A DNA stretch of 63,845 nt, filler included, from Lama guanicoe (taxonomy: Eukaryota), in the NCBI GenBank assembly GCA_013239625.1. It is 159 parts of 159 records of this genome, joined end to end, with 100 filler letters (N's around TTAATTAATTAA, not from the genome) between each part and the next. Parts side by side here need not be neighbours in the genome. Positions count along the whole stretch, not along the records: positions 49,038 to 49,340 come from PNXV01054655.1; positions 49,441 to 49,743 come from PNXV01054656.1; positions 49,844 to 50,146 come from PNXV01054657.1; positions 50,247 to 50,549 come from PNXV01054658.1; positions 50,650 to 50,952 come from PNXV01054659.1; positions 51,053 to 51,355 come from PNXV01054660.1; positions 51,456 to 51,758 come from PNXV01054661.1; positions 51,859 to 52,161 come from PNXV01054662.1; 151 more parts are not named here. The stretch is one strand, 5' to 3'. Positions within the stretch are counted from its first letter, which is position 1. Every line of letters starts with the position of its first letter. Positions 48,938 through 61,427 of this stretch are shown one piece after another. The notes beneath the pieces are model-generated. The model made no database searches and was not told the DNA's origin. It saw nothing but the letters and a program-made list of their open reading frames with translations. Made by a program: the position numbers and the translations under genes.

Positions 48938-51119
48938 NNNNNNNNNNNNNNNNNNNNNNNNNNNNNNNNNNNNNNNNNNNNTTAATTAATTAANNNNNNN
49001 NNNNNNNNNNNNNNNNNNNNNNNNNNNNNNNNNNNNNAGGAGCACAGAGGGAGCCTGGCCGGGCAGAGACAGGGCGCGTCACAGGGCCGTGTGACAGCTG
49101 TGCTGTGAGAACTGGGGGCACCGACAACACAGACCCCAGGACAAGGGCTGTGTCTCCCCGACCCCTCACTCACCCCCACTGTGTGATTCTCAGGAGCAGC
49201 TGACACCACCCACCCATCACAAAACACGTCAGACCCCACAAGTGGTGAGCAGAGAAATTCTCAGCTACGGGGCTGGGCTCCGAGGGTCACGTCCTGGCAA
49301 GGGGAGGCGGGTGCCCTGGGTGGACATCCAGGACTGTGGGNNNNNNNNNNNNNNNNNNNNNNNNNNNNNNNNNNNNNNNNNNNNTTAATTAATTAANNNN
49401 NNNNNNNNNNNNNNNNNNNNNNNNNNNNNNNNNNNNNNNNAGCAGTAGGCACTGAAAATTGTCATGCTTACTTTGGTCTGTAATGTCTTTGAGTCATTTT
49501 GTCTTTCACCACTGAAAGACTGATCTCACTGGGCAAAGTCAGCCAGAGCAGCTTCTTAGATCTGTTAGCATAATTTCTTATTTATTTTTAAGGAGGAAGC
49601 TTGAGTTTTTAGAAACTGGTGGAAAGACAGAGTTGGAAGGGGTTTAAATGAGTTCAGAAGTAAATGACAAGTGAAAATGATGCAGCAGGAGAAGTTGTGT
49701 TCAGCTGCTGGCCTCTGTCTCTTCTCTGATTGCTCTCCAGCCTNNNNNNNNNNNNNNNNNNNNNNNNNNNNNNNNNNNNNNNNNNNNTTAATTAATTAAN
49801 NNNNNNNNNNNNNNNNNNNNNNNNNNNNNNNNNNNNNNNNNNNTTCCAAAGGTGAGCACTCTGTCCTCATGGGACATTGGTGACTTAGCAACTTACTAGC
49901 AGTCACATGTGGGATTGTCACTCCACCTCTCTGAGCCTCAGTTTGCCCATCTGCACACTGGGGTCAAGGGAGGATTAGGCCCTAGGAGGGTAGGAACAGA
50001 GGGGGCCCTTCATGGAAAGTGCTTTCTGGGGACCTGGCCCCTGGAAAGGTCAGCTGGAGGGGATGTGGTTGTGCTAAATGGTCACTGTCCTCCTGCCCAT
50101 GATGAAGCCTCTACTTCCTGTGTCACTGGGACTTTGGCCTTGGGTGNNNNNNNNNNNNNNNNNNNNNNNNNNNNNNNNNNNNNNNNNNNNTTAATTAATT
50201 AANNNNNNNNNNNNNNNNNNNNNNNNNNNNNNNNNNNNNNNNNNNNAGTTGAATATTAAAATTTAAACTATAATGCTAGGAACTTAAAATGTTTAATGCA
50301 ACAACTCTGAAAAGAGCAATTGAGGTTTAGAGAAAATATACAACTTCTAGTTAATAATATCTCTGGAAGGGCCATATGGAAACCCAGGTTTTCTGATGTC
50401 AAAAGTCCTAAAATTGTGACTATGTCCACATGTTTTCCACTTTTGTCTTCCTGCCTTGCTCATACTGTCACCCTTCTTGTTCAGTTTCTAAATTTACAAT
50501 TGTCTAAATGCTCATGTCAAGGACTAGCTCATTTTTCTTTTTTGAAATCNNNNNNNNNNNNNNNNNNNNNNNNNNNNNNNNNNNNNNNNNNNNTTAATTA
50601 ATTAANNNNNNNNNNNNNNNNNNNNNNNNNNNNNNNNNNNNNNNNNNNNCCTAAGAAGAGGAGGACTCTCCAGGGCTGGTTTCATGACCATAAAGCCTTG
50701 GAGTTCTTAGATGGTTCTGCACTGGGTTAACACTCTGCTTTTCCCAATTTAGAATTATTATAAGGTTTTTAAATGGGAGTCCACATTTTTGTTTTTACAA
50801 TGAGATCTGCACATTCTATAGCCATTCTGGTTTTAGTGTGAAGACTATGTGAACTGATTCTTAGATTCTTTTTCTTTTTTAAGTTTTTTATTGAGTAATA
50901 ATAATTTTACAATGTTGTGTCAAATTCTAGTGTAGAGCACAGTTTTTCAGTTNNNNNNNNNNNNNNNNNNNNNNNNNNNNNNNNNNNNNNNNNNNNTTAA
51001 TTAATTAANNNNNNNNNNNNNNNNNNNNNNNNNNNNNNNNNNNNNNNNNNNNTTCCAGCTACATCTTTTTTAAGTGCTTAAGATGCAGTATGTAAAACTT
51101 ACAATGAGCAAGCGATATT

Positions 51120-51335
51120 GTGTTAGTTTTCTACCACTGCCATAGATTAGTTCAAGCTTGGCAGTTTTCAAAGGACACCGGTTTATTACCCAGTGTTCTA
51201 GGTCAGAGGTGTATGACAGGCTGGCTGCTTGAGGTCTCAGCAGACTGAAGTCACAAGCTAGGGTTGCAGTTCTCATCTGAGGGCTGGGGTCTTCTCTCAC
51301 GCTGGATGCATGTTGGCAGAACTCATTTCTACCCA
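51120..51335 (-). mobile_element. MLT1E-like LTR fragment
   Basis: tgttagttttctaccactgccata...gcagttctcatctgagggctgggg...gttggcagaactcatttc. Confidence 0.65.
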
Positions 51336-52664
51336 TTTTGTTGTTCCCTCCTTTCNNNNNNNNNNNNNNNNNNNNNNNNNNNNNNNNNNNNNNNNNNNNT
51401 TAATTAATTAANNNNNNNNNNNNNNNNNNNNNNNNNNNNNNNNNNNNNNNNNNNNGTTTAACAAAACATGCAGTTAAGATTTCAAAAGTACGATTATGTT
51501 TCAAGTGACTTATTTATAAAATAGAACGTGTACATATACCAGTGTGAACATGCTGCCTGAGGAGGAGAAAAGCGATCTCTAATCAGAGAAACAAATCACG
51601 GCTCCAAGAAGACAAATGTGAAAGCTGACCGTAAAATGCAACAGCACATCTTTAATGCGACTGACACCATTACACTACAAGTACTTATCATGCTCTTCAA
51701 TTCGTCCTGTAATTTAGGAAGTCCACAGTTGTGATGGCAGTTCATTTGAATGTGCAATNNNNNNNNNNNNNNNNNNNNNNNNNNNNNNNNNNNNNNNNNN
51801 NNTTAATTAATTAANNNNNNNNNNNNNNNNNNNNNNNNNNNNNNNNNNNNNNNNNNNNAAGTGGTTGAATATACGTTATCTCCGTTGATGGACATTATTT
51901 TCTTCGCTTGTGTGATATCATGTTTAAACTGAGACAACAGAGGCTAAGGCAACTCCACATCCAACAAGCAATACGGGTTTAGATCCTCCAACCCCGGAAT
52001 CACTGCTTTCTTTTTTCTCTATGGTGCACGTACAGCAGAGGGACACTCTCAGGTCAGTGCACAAAAACTCCCCTTTTGGAGCCTTCATTCACATTTTTGG
52101 TGCTTCCTCTCCTCATTCTATGTCACTCAGTCCTTATCTGCTTTCTCCTGCCAAATGGCCTNNNNNNNNNNNNNNNNNNNNNNNNNNNNNNNNNNNNNNN
52201 NNNNNTTAATTAATTAANNNNNNNNNNNNNNNNNNNNNNNNNNNNNNNNNNNNNNNNNNNNGCTTTTCCTTATAATTTAATGATAAATGATTATATCTGT
52301 TAAAGGGCAACCTAGAGCTTCATATTGAAAGCTGTATGGGAAGGAGATTTATTACTTAAAATTACTAAATTTAGTAAATTAATCTGTGATAAAACTGAGG
52401 GGCTCATCTGAAATAACTTCATTATGAATCATGCTGTGATTGCAAACATTCACTCCTATTCTGATTGATCTCTTGCCTCTGACTTCGATTCTAAGTGAAA
52501 TACGCTCACCCATTCCCGACTTCCCTACAAAAGACAAACATGGAGACTTCACCTCCTTTCCTTCNNNNNNNNNNNNNNNNNNNNNNNNNNNNNNNNNNNN
52601 NNNNNNNNTTAATTAATTAANNNNNNNNNNNNNNNNNNNNNNNNNNNNNNNNNNNNNNNNNNNN

Positions 52665-52966
52665 AAATGACCTAAATGTCCATTGACAGGTGACTGGATA
52701 AAGAAATTGTGGTATATTTATACAATGGAATAATACTTAGGCATAAAATGAATAAAATAATGTCATTTGTAGCACGATGGATGGGCCTGGAGATTTTCAT
52801 TCTAAATGAAGTAATCCAGAAGGAGAAAAAAAATGCCACTCATATGTGAAATCTAAATTTAAAAAAATGACACAAATGAATTTATTTACAAAACAGCAAT
52901 AGATTCAGAGACAGAACATCAACTTATGGTTACCCGGGGACAAAGGGGATGTGAAGGGACAAACTG
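52665..52966 (+). mobile_element. L1 ORF2 end / 3' UTR
   Basis: cctaaatgtccattgacaggtgactggataaagaaattgtggtatatttatacaatggaata. Confidence 0.9.
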
Positions 52967-55146
52967 NNNNNNNNNNNNNNNNNNNNNNNNNNNNNNNNNN
53001 NNNNNNNNNNTTAATTAATTAANNNNNNNNNNNNNNNNNNNNNNNNNNNNNNNNNNNNNNNNNNNNCCTGTAATCTCCCCAAAGAAATCAGAAATCTTCA
53101 CTGAGGTAACAAGCCGCAGAAGGAGGCAAGGGGCTGTGTGAGGACCCTCTTTTATTCTCTCCTGCCCTGTCCTGTGGTCTGAAGTAAGGCCACCCACTTC
53201 CCTCTGCCCTCTGATATGGAAATATGGGAGTTTTCCTTTTGCTTTAATGTCTTTTATGTCACTATAGTATGTTGAAGAGAAATTGGGTAATATTTATTTT
53301 ATTTTCAATTTATTATGGAAATGCTAACGTATTGTGTTGCGTCAGAATCTTATGGGTTCAAATCAGTCTNNNNNNNNNNNNNNNNNNNNNNNNNNNNNNN
53401 NNNNNNNNNNNNNTTAATTAATTAANNNNNNNNNNNNNNNNNNNNNNNNNNNNNNNNNNNNNNNNNNNNCACACACACGCACACACACATATATGTACAA
53501 CATTTAATACAGTGACTAACACATAGTAGGCACTCAACAAATTCCTCTTATGGTATTTTAAATGCATGTATAAAAGGAGGAGAAATTTGTGGGAAGTTGT
53601 GGAAAAACTTAGTTCACGGCCCTAACAAGGGCCATCTTTCAAAGGACTCTGATCAGTCAGCCCCCAGTGATAAGCTAATAAGTAGAAACTATAGCACTTG
53701 GGAATTTAAGTTAAACATAAAAAGGAAGATATTTAAGCATAATTATTAAACAGCAGGTACGTTTACACTGTTNNNNNNNNNNNNNNNNNNNNNNNNNNNN
53801 NNNNNNNNNNNNNNNNTTAATTAATTAANNNNNNNNNNNNNNNNNNNNNNNNNNNNNNNNNNNNNNNNNNNNTCTTACATTTATTTCAATTCAGATCCTG
53901 TCTTAAATTCCTTTAGGATAGAGACAGTGTTTTGATAAACTTTCTATTTCCATAGTTCACAGTCCAATGGCATAAAGCAGAAACTTCAGAAATATTAAAT
54001 TTATTAGAAAGCTCCCTAAAGAGCCTCATTGTTCTCTTAAAATTTTAATTTAAAATTTTTTTCTTTAACACTGTTAAGAGTTTGTAAAGTTTTTGCTATT
54101 TTTGGGCCATTCTCCCTTTAGAATTCCTGTCTATGTAAATATTCTTATATTTCTTCAAATTGGTTTGAAATTTACNNNNNNNNNNNNNNNNNNNNNNNNN
54201 NNNNNNNNNNNNNNNNNNNTTAATTAATTAANNNNNNNNNNNNNNNNNNNNNNNNNNNNNNNNNNNNNNNNNNNNGTCTATGGCACGGTCACACGACAGG
54301 CCACACCCTCATTTTGGAGAGAACAGCATCACCCCTTGTGCTTATTTATTCAGTCACCATCCACACCCACCCCTGTGTCTATGGGGCCCGCTCCCAGAAC
54401 TCCAAACGGCACCCCGCACAAGATGGGGCCTAATGAGTTTCTCTCACATGGAAACCCTTTTCACCTGCCAGGAAGGTGAGGGACAAACTGCCTCCACCTA
54501 GCCTGCCAAGAGGGCAGGCAGAGGCCAAGCACTTACCTGTTCAGGTGATAGGCAGGTGCAAGACACACACACATACCCNNNNNNNNNNNNNNNNNNNNNN
54601 NNNNNNNNNNNNNNNNNNNNNNTTAATTAATTAANNNNNNNNNNNNNNNNNNNNNNNNNNNNNNNNNNNNNNNNNNNNAAAACTGTGGAGAAGCCCAGAG
54701 GTCCTGGGGAAAATGCAGAGCTGTGGCAAGAACAGGAAGTGGCCATCACGTCATAACCGGAGCAGAGGGGGTTCAGGGGTCAGCCCGTCAGCGGTCACCC
54801 CCCGAAAACAAGCAGAAGCAGGGCTCAGTGGCACATGCCGAAGAGACAATGTAGCCACGTGGCCCAAAAATGGCCTTGGCCGCAGAGATGCCATCCTTCC
54901 ACGAGGAACTGAACCTCCCGCCTTGTTAACCATAACAAAGTGCTGATTAGAAACACAGCCTTTTTTAAAATGCTAACGGACNNNNNNNNNNNNNNNNNNN
55001 NNNNNNNNNNNNNNNNNNNNNNNNNTTAATTAATTAANNNNNNNNNNNNNNNNNNNNNNNNNNNNNNNNNNNNNNNNNNNNACCTCATGCTTTCAAGAAA
55101 TCTTACTCAGGAGAGAACCACTGGCACCTCAGAAGGTTCTGGAGCT

Positions 55147-55384
55147 AAGCCGTCAGCGGGAAACACAGGTGAAGGGACGAAATAAGACGATGATCCTTGG
55201 TTTCTGGAAACACGCCACTGCCAACCAACTGCCTGAGGATGGCCGCAACCGCCTTGAACATCTGAAGACAAGCCTTCAGCGGGAAACAAGGGGAGGCGTC
55301 AAAACAAGACGTTGATATCGGTTTTGTGCACACAGGCCTCTGCAAACGCATTGTAGACCATGACCGCAACCGGCTTGAACACGT
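55147..55384. repeat. Diverged tandem repeat, about 123-bp period
   Basis: aagcc(g/t)tcagcgggaaaca at 55147 and 55270. ccgcaaccg(c/g)cttgaaca also occurs twice. Confidence 0.75.
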
Positions 55385-55484
55385 NNNNNNNNNNNNNNNN
55401 NNNNNNNNNNNNNNNNNNNNNNNNNNNNTTAATTAATTAANNNNNNNNNNNNNNNNNNNNNNNNNNNNNNNNNNNNNNNNNNNN

Positions 55485-55787
55485 GGCACGCACATCGGTG
55501 TATTCCCCACTGCTTTGTTCTACTGGAGGCTGCACCGTGGTGTAGACCCCACGTGTTTATTCCACTAGGGCATTCACCGTGGTGTATTCCCTGCTGGTTT
55601 ATTCCTCTGGGGCGTGCACTGTGGTGGTTACCCCACTGGGTTATTTCACTGGGACATGTAGCGTGGCGTAGACCCCACTGGATTACTCCACCTTGCATGC
55701 ACCATGGTGTATTCCCCACTGGTTTATTCCACAGGGCTGCAAAGCGGAATTTTCCCCACTGGTTTATTCCACTGGGGCATGCACAGC
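55485..55787. repeat. 42-bp satellite/minisatellite, about 7 units
   Basis: Consensus tgcaccgtggtgtattccccactggtttattccactggggca; registers at 55501, 55543, 55585, 55627, 55669, 55710. Confidence 0.92.
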
Positions 55788-55887
55788 NNNNNNNNNNNNN
55801 NNNNNNNNNNNNNNNNNNNNNNNNNNNNNNNTTAATTAATTAANNNNNNNNNNNNNNNNNNNNNNNNNNNNNNNNNNNNNNNNNNNN

Positions 55888-56190
55888 GGCAAACTTCATT
55901 GTTGTCTTATTTTAAGAAATTGCCACAGCCACCCCAACTATCAGCAATCATCACCCTAATCAGTGAGCAACCATCAATACTGAGGTGAGACCCTCCACAA
56001 GCAAAAAGATTAACTCACTTCAGTGAGATGATGGTTAGCATTTTTTAGTAATGTTTTGTAATTAAGTATTTTTGTACATTGTCTTTTTTTAGACATAATG
56101 TTATTGCCTACTTAATGGATTACAGCATAGTGTAAACACAACTTTTATATGCACTGGGAAGCCAAAAAACTTGTGTGACTCACTTTATTG
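55888..56190 (+). mobile_element. Tigger1 transposase end / 3' region
   Basis: ggcaaacttcattgttgtcttattttaagaaattgccacagccacccc...gatgatggttagcattttttag; homologous to the 23697 contig. Confidence 0.88.
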
Positions 56191-56328
56191 NNNNNNNNNN
56201 NNNNNNNNNNNNNNNNNNNNNNNNNNNNNNNNNNTTAATTAATTAANNNNNNNNNNNNNNNNNNNNNNNNNNNNNNNNNNNNNNNNNNNNGTCTGAGGCA
56301 GAGGGAAGGAGCAGAGGGGCTTGGCGGG

Positions 56329-56593
56329 TCACCATAGGGCCTGCCGCGGGGCCTGGAGCAGGAACAGCAGCAGGGAACAGGTCTGTGGAGGCACAAACTT
56401 GTGCTGGGCCCCGGCGAGCCAGCAGCTTGCAGAAGCTGGTGTGGAAACTGGGTCCGAGGACAAGCAGACATGGCATCAGGGAGCGTGTGAGCCTCTGGAT
56501 CTCATCCATCCAGTCAATGAAGTAGGAGGCATTGGTGATAACAGTGGGGTAGATGGGATGTCGGCAGTCCAAGCCCCAGCTGGCCAGCCCCAC
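56329..56593 (-). pseudogene. Last exon of a testis trypsin-like serine protease (PRSS39/PRSS40, TESP1/2-like) with two apparent frameshifts
   Basis: VGLASWGLDCRHPIYPTVITNASYFIDWMDEIQRLT, then a shifted frame LPDAMSACPRTQFPHQLLQAAGSPGPST, then a third frame FVPPQTCSLLLFLLQAPRQALW* (GPI-like tail, TGA at 56329-56331). Confidence 0.72.
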
Positions 56594-57096
56594 NNNNNNN
56601 NNNNNNNNNNNNNNNNNNNNNNNNNNNNNNNNNNNNNTTAATTAATTAANNNNNNNNNNNNNNNNNNNNNNNNNNNNNNNNNNNNNNNNNNNNATTTTCC
56701 CCCAGAGTAGTCAGAGTCATTTGACATTGTAAGAACACACACAAATACAAGCACAATGGCCTGACAGATTAATTTATCTTTATGCATTCCCACACATGTC
56801 ATGAAGCCAAGTATGTACTAAACAACCCCAAGTTTTATTAAATTAATTAGTGAGGATAATTAAAATATTTTTATGGTTCGAAGTGTCCTAAGAGCAATCT
56901 AGTATAACACTCCCGTGAAGAATGAAACCGTTTTTGCCTGAGTGATGAGTCATGTCTTAGAGGGTTCATTTTAAATGTCAGAATGACAGGTATGTANNNN
57001 NNNNNNNNNNNNNNNNNNNNNNNNNNNNNNNNNNNNNNNNTTAATTAATTAANNNNNNNNNNNNNNNNNNNNNNNNNNNNNNNNNNNNNNNNNNNN

Positions 57097-57280
57097 TTGA
57101 CTGTGTCAGGTGCCAGGCGGGGTACTTTACAAAATCAAGGCAGAAGCAGGCACAGTGTTATTATCATCCCCATTTCACAGATGAGGAAACTGTGGTACAA
57201 CGTTGTACAGCTAATGAGTGAGAAAAGGATTTGAACTCCACTGTCCGATCCCAGAGCCCAGAGCTGTTAACCACTCTGCT
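57097..57280 (-). mobile_element. MIR SINE
   Basis: tattatcatccccatttcacagatgaggaaactg...ggatttgaactc...ccagagccc. Confidence 0.8.
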
Positions 57281-57499
57281 AACCTAAAGGAAGCAACCTC
57301 AGAGCAAACCAGTGACTTAAATAAATGGAGAGAAGGAACAATTAGACTGTTTGGGGATCTGGAGAAATAAGAGCTGGAAAAGCAGAGGTGAATGGTTCAN
57401 NNNNNNNNNNNNNNNNNNNNNNNNNNNNNNNNNNNNNNNNNNNTTAATTAATTAANNNNNNNNNNNNNNNNNNNNNNNNNNNNNNNNNNNNNNNNNNNN

Positions 57500-57802
57500 C
57501 ATACTGCCCAAGGCAATCTACACATTTAATATGATCCCTATCAAATTATGAAGGATATTTTTCAAAGAACTAGAACAAGCAATCTTAAAATTTGTATGGA
57601 ATCACAAAATATCAAAAATTTCCAAAGCAATATTGAAGAAAAAGAACAAAACTGAAGGAATAACCCTCCCAGACTTCAAAAGTGCCACAGAGCTACTATA
57701 ATCAAAAGGTCATGGTTTGGGCATACAAGCAGACATATGGATGAAAGGAACACAATAGACAGCCCAGAAATAAATCCACAGACCTATGGTCAATTAATCT
57801 TT
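57500..57802 (+). mobile_element. L1 ORF2 fragment
   Basis: [41 protein letters not shown]. Confidence 0.92.
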
Positions 57803-58305
57803 NNNNNNNNNNNNNNNNNNNNNNNNNNNNNNNNNNNNNNNNNNNNTTAATTAATTAANNNNNNNNNNNNNNNNNNNNNNNNNNNNNNNNNNNNNNNNNN
57901 NNCCTTCATTTTTCAGATTATGTGAGTTTTTACAATGATTGAATTTGAATTATATCAAATTATATTTTCTGTTCAAATAAACTGTTAACCTTTTTTCCTC
58001 CATAGTCAATAGGTGAATTACAGTTAGAGGTTATAAATCTTAAACTACCTAGGTACCTGTGGTAAACACTGTTCAATCATAATGCATTTTTTTGTGTATA
58101 CAGCAGGCCTTGGTTATGCTACTATTTTGTAGATTGGGTTTTGTTTCATGGGTGGGTTTGGTCTATAAATTTCCTTTTCTGGTTCAGCCTGCTAAGGGAG
58201 TAGGGNNNNNNNNNNNNNNNNNNNNNNNNNNNNNNNNNNNNNNNNNNNNTTAATTAATTAANNNNNNNNNNNNNNNNNNNNNNNNNNNNNNNNNNNNNNN
58301 NNNNN

Positions 58306-58452
58306 ATGTCTCTGCTCCTCTTCTTATAAGGACACCTGTCATATGGAGTTAGGGACCATTCTAATGGCTTCAGCTTGACTCCATCTGCAAAGACCCTATT
58401 CCAAATAACGTCATGTTCACAGGAGCCAGGGGTTAGGAGTTCGACATATCTT
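58306..58452 (-). mobile_element. MLT1A/B-like LTR fragment
   Basis: cttcttataaggacacc...catctgcaaagaccctattccaaataa...caggggttaggagttcgacatatc. Confidence 0.7.
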
Positions 58453-58479
58453 TTTTTGTTTTAAACTTTCATTACTTTC

Positions 58480-58606
58480 TTTTTTCTTTTTTGGGGGGGG
58501 TGGGGAACTGGATTTTTATTATTATTATTATTATTTTTATTTTTTTTATTTTTATTTTTGTTTTTTTTTTAAATGGAGGTACTGGGGATTGAACCCAGGA
58601 CCTCAT
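58480..58606 (-). mobile_element. Vic-1-like SINE 3' part with AT-rich tail
   Basis: Reverse complement atgaggtcctgggttcaatccccagtacctccattt, then an A/AAT tail and a C run. Confidence 0.85.
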
Positions 58607-59109
58607 NNNNNNNNNNNNNNNNNNNNNNNNNNNNNNNNNNNNNNNNNNNNTTAATTAATTAANNNNNNNNNNNNNNNNNNNNNNNNNNNNNNNNNNNNNN
58701 NNNNNNTACATTAGAAGCTTATGCAACTGCAACTACAGAAGCTCAGCATAGAGGTGGAAAGTCTCAACAGTCGCCCCTGAGCAGTCGGCCCCCAAATGCC
58801 TGCATACCCGGGGGCTGTACGATGAATATTCTCATGTAGGATTTTAAAAAGGGAATTTCAGCGTGTACCAAATCACTTTTTACTAAAAGCTCCGCATCTA
58901 GGTAAGCCTGTCCAAACGTGTTATTGATAAGGACAGCTGCCAAAGAAAATTCTCAAAAACATGTGACAGCAAGCCGCATCTGTGCATCGTGAAAATAGGT
59001 TTCTTGTGCNNNNNNNNNNNNNNNNNNNNNNNNNNNNNNNNNNNNNNNNNNNNTTAATTAATTAANNNNNNNNNNNNNNNNNNNNNNNNNNNNNNNNNNN
59101 NNNNNNNNN

Positions 59110-59412
59110 TAGAGCCTAAATGATATTAGGGCGGGCAGATACTCAACTTCAGCCCACATTAGCCATCCTGTTCTACTAATAAGGGAGGAAAAAACCAAGA
59201 AGCAGTTGAAAAGCGCTGAGAAGTTACAGTCCAGAGGTACAAATACACTAAAAGACAGACCTAATCACAGGATTATAGACTGCTTCCCCCTTCCCTACAC
59301 TTCATTAACACATTACTGAAGTTTTATTTTCAGTAGTTCCCTTTAGCCAGTACATCACGTCCTGCTATCAGGAATAAATTACAAGACATTTTGAAAGGCA
59401 AAAAATAGAGTT
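59110..59412 (+). mobile_element. Old L1M (MC/MD) 5' region
   Basis: gaagttacagtccagagg...cactaaaagacagacctaatcacaggattataga...aaattacaagacattttgaaaggcaaaaa. Confidence 0.6.
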
Positions 59413-59512
59413 NNNNNNNNNNNNNNNNNNNNNNNNNNNNNNNNNNNNNNNNNNNNTTAATTAATTAANNNNNNNNNNNNNNNNNNNNNNNNNNNNNNNN
59501 NNNNNNNNNNNN

Positions 59513-59815
59513 TTTTTTTATTGACGTGTAGTTGATTCAGTGTTAGTTTCAGGTGTACAGCAGTGTGATTCAGTTACACATTTACATTGACATATATATT
59601 TTCTTTTCAGATTCTGTTCCATTATAGGTTATTATAAGAAATTGAATATAGTTCCCTGTGCTGGACAGTAGAACCTTGTTGTTTATATATTTTATATGAA
59701 GTAATGTGTGTCTGTTAAGCCCCAAACCCTAATTTATCCCTCCCCACCCTCCCCTCTTTGGTAACCAGTTTGTCCTCTATGTCCGTGAGTCTGTTTTTGG
59801 TTTGTGAATAGAATT
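59513..59815 (-). mobile_element. Artiodactyl-type L1 3' end
   Basis: ttcaggtgtacagcagtgtgattcagtt...attgaatatagttccctgtgct. Confidence 0.9.
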
Positions 59816-61124
59816 NNNNNNNNNNNNNNNNNNNNNNNNNNNNNNNNNNNNNNNNNNNNTTAATTAATTAANNNNNNNNNNNNNNNNNNNNNNNNNNNNN
59901 NNNNNNNNNNNNNNNAAAACTTACCATCGAATGACTTGACCAAAGTCATAGGACTATTAAACGGCAAACCTCTCTGAATCCTAAAAGTCTACCTGACCCC
60001 AAACCTCAAGCTCATTTCACTGTATGACGCTATTGAACATTTCGGGGCAGTGGTCAACGCACGTATTTTGCTGAAAAATAGATGTATAAGACTAGAGATC
60101 TAATATTTAACTGTAGTGGTTTCTGCGAAGTGAATAATTTCACCCAACATTATACATGGCACCTAAAACTGGCAAAGATGGGTAAAAGGGGATTAGAAAG
60201 ACCGATCACTTTTAAGGCNNNNNNNNNNNNNNNNNNNNNNNNNNNNNNNNNNNNNNNNNNNNTTAATTAATTAANNNNNNNNNNNNNNNNNNNNNNNNNN
60301 NNNNNNNNNNNNNNNNNNGGAAATAATCTCTCATGGGTTTTCCCACAAGGGGAGCATTTACCTGCTCATGTGTTTTATAAGGAGAAGCACAAGCCGTATC
60401 TGTGTTGACCGTGTAACTGCTGGGTGACCAGTTCGGGTTGTCGAGGAACAATTCAAGGGAGACGTCATTTTGACGCATTGCTTGGCACTTGTTTAACTCG
60501 GCCGTTCTTAATACCTGACTGAAGATTTCTCCTCGAGGCTTCGTGTTATCAAATATATTCCCCTTGGAGCATTTAACTCTTTTCTATCTTAAGTTAGAAG
60601 AGTTTTCCTCTTTAAGGAATTNNNNNNNNNNNNNNNNNNNNNNNNNNNNNNNNNNNNNNNNNNNNTTAATTAATTAANNNNNNNNNNNNNNNNNNNNNNN
60701 NNNNNNNNNNNNNNNNNNNNNACTGTGTTTCCTCTTCCCAGAGCCAGTTAGTTTAAAGCTTGCTGTATTGCATGATGCAGACCCACCTGCAGCCTTGCCC
60801 ACTAGAAGCCAGAGATGTTAGCATAATGTTGAAGGTATAAGTCAAATACTGTGTGAATGGATAATGCCCCATTGGGTCTGATCTTAAATGAAATGGAAAA
60901 GTTACCAGATAAATGAAACTTAACAGAAATGAATAGATCTGTAGCAAGTAAACAAAATAGAAAAGTTAAAAACAATCTCTGGCTTGAAAATCTACCTTGT
61001 TCCTCCAACTCTGCCCCAGCCCCANNNNNNNNNNNNNNNNNNNNNNNNNNNNNNNNNNNNNNNNNNNNTTAATTAATTAANNNNNNNNNNNNNNNNNNNN
61101 NNNNNNNNNNNNNNNNNNNNNNNN

Positions 61125-61427
61125 CTTGGTGGACTGTATGTTTCCAGAAATTTGTCCATCTCCTCTAGGTTATTCATTTTGGATCCATATAGTTTTTCTT
61201 AATATTCTCATATGATATTCTGTATTTCTATGTTATTTGCTGTAATTTATCCATTTTCTTTTCTTATTTTGCTTATTTGTGCTCTCTTTTTTGTTCTTTG
61301 TGAGCTTGTCCAGAGGTTTGCCGATTTTATTTACTCTTTCAAAAAAACATCTTTTGATTTGATTCATCTTTTTTCTATTTTTTCTTAATCTCTATTTTAT
61401 TTATTTCCTCCCTGATCTTTATTATTT
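61125..61427 (-). mobile_element. L1 ORF2 fragment
   Basis: tttccagaaatttgtccatctcctctagg...ctttcaaaaaaacatcttttg...ttcctccctgatctttattattt. Confidence 0.88.

Noticed and set aside
54679..54981. ccgtcagcgg motif shared with the next contig's 123-bp repeat
   Set aside because: Only about 10 bp are shared and the alignment does not extend.
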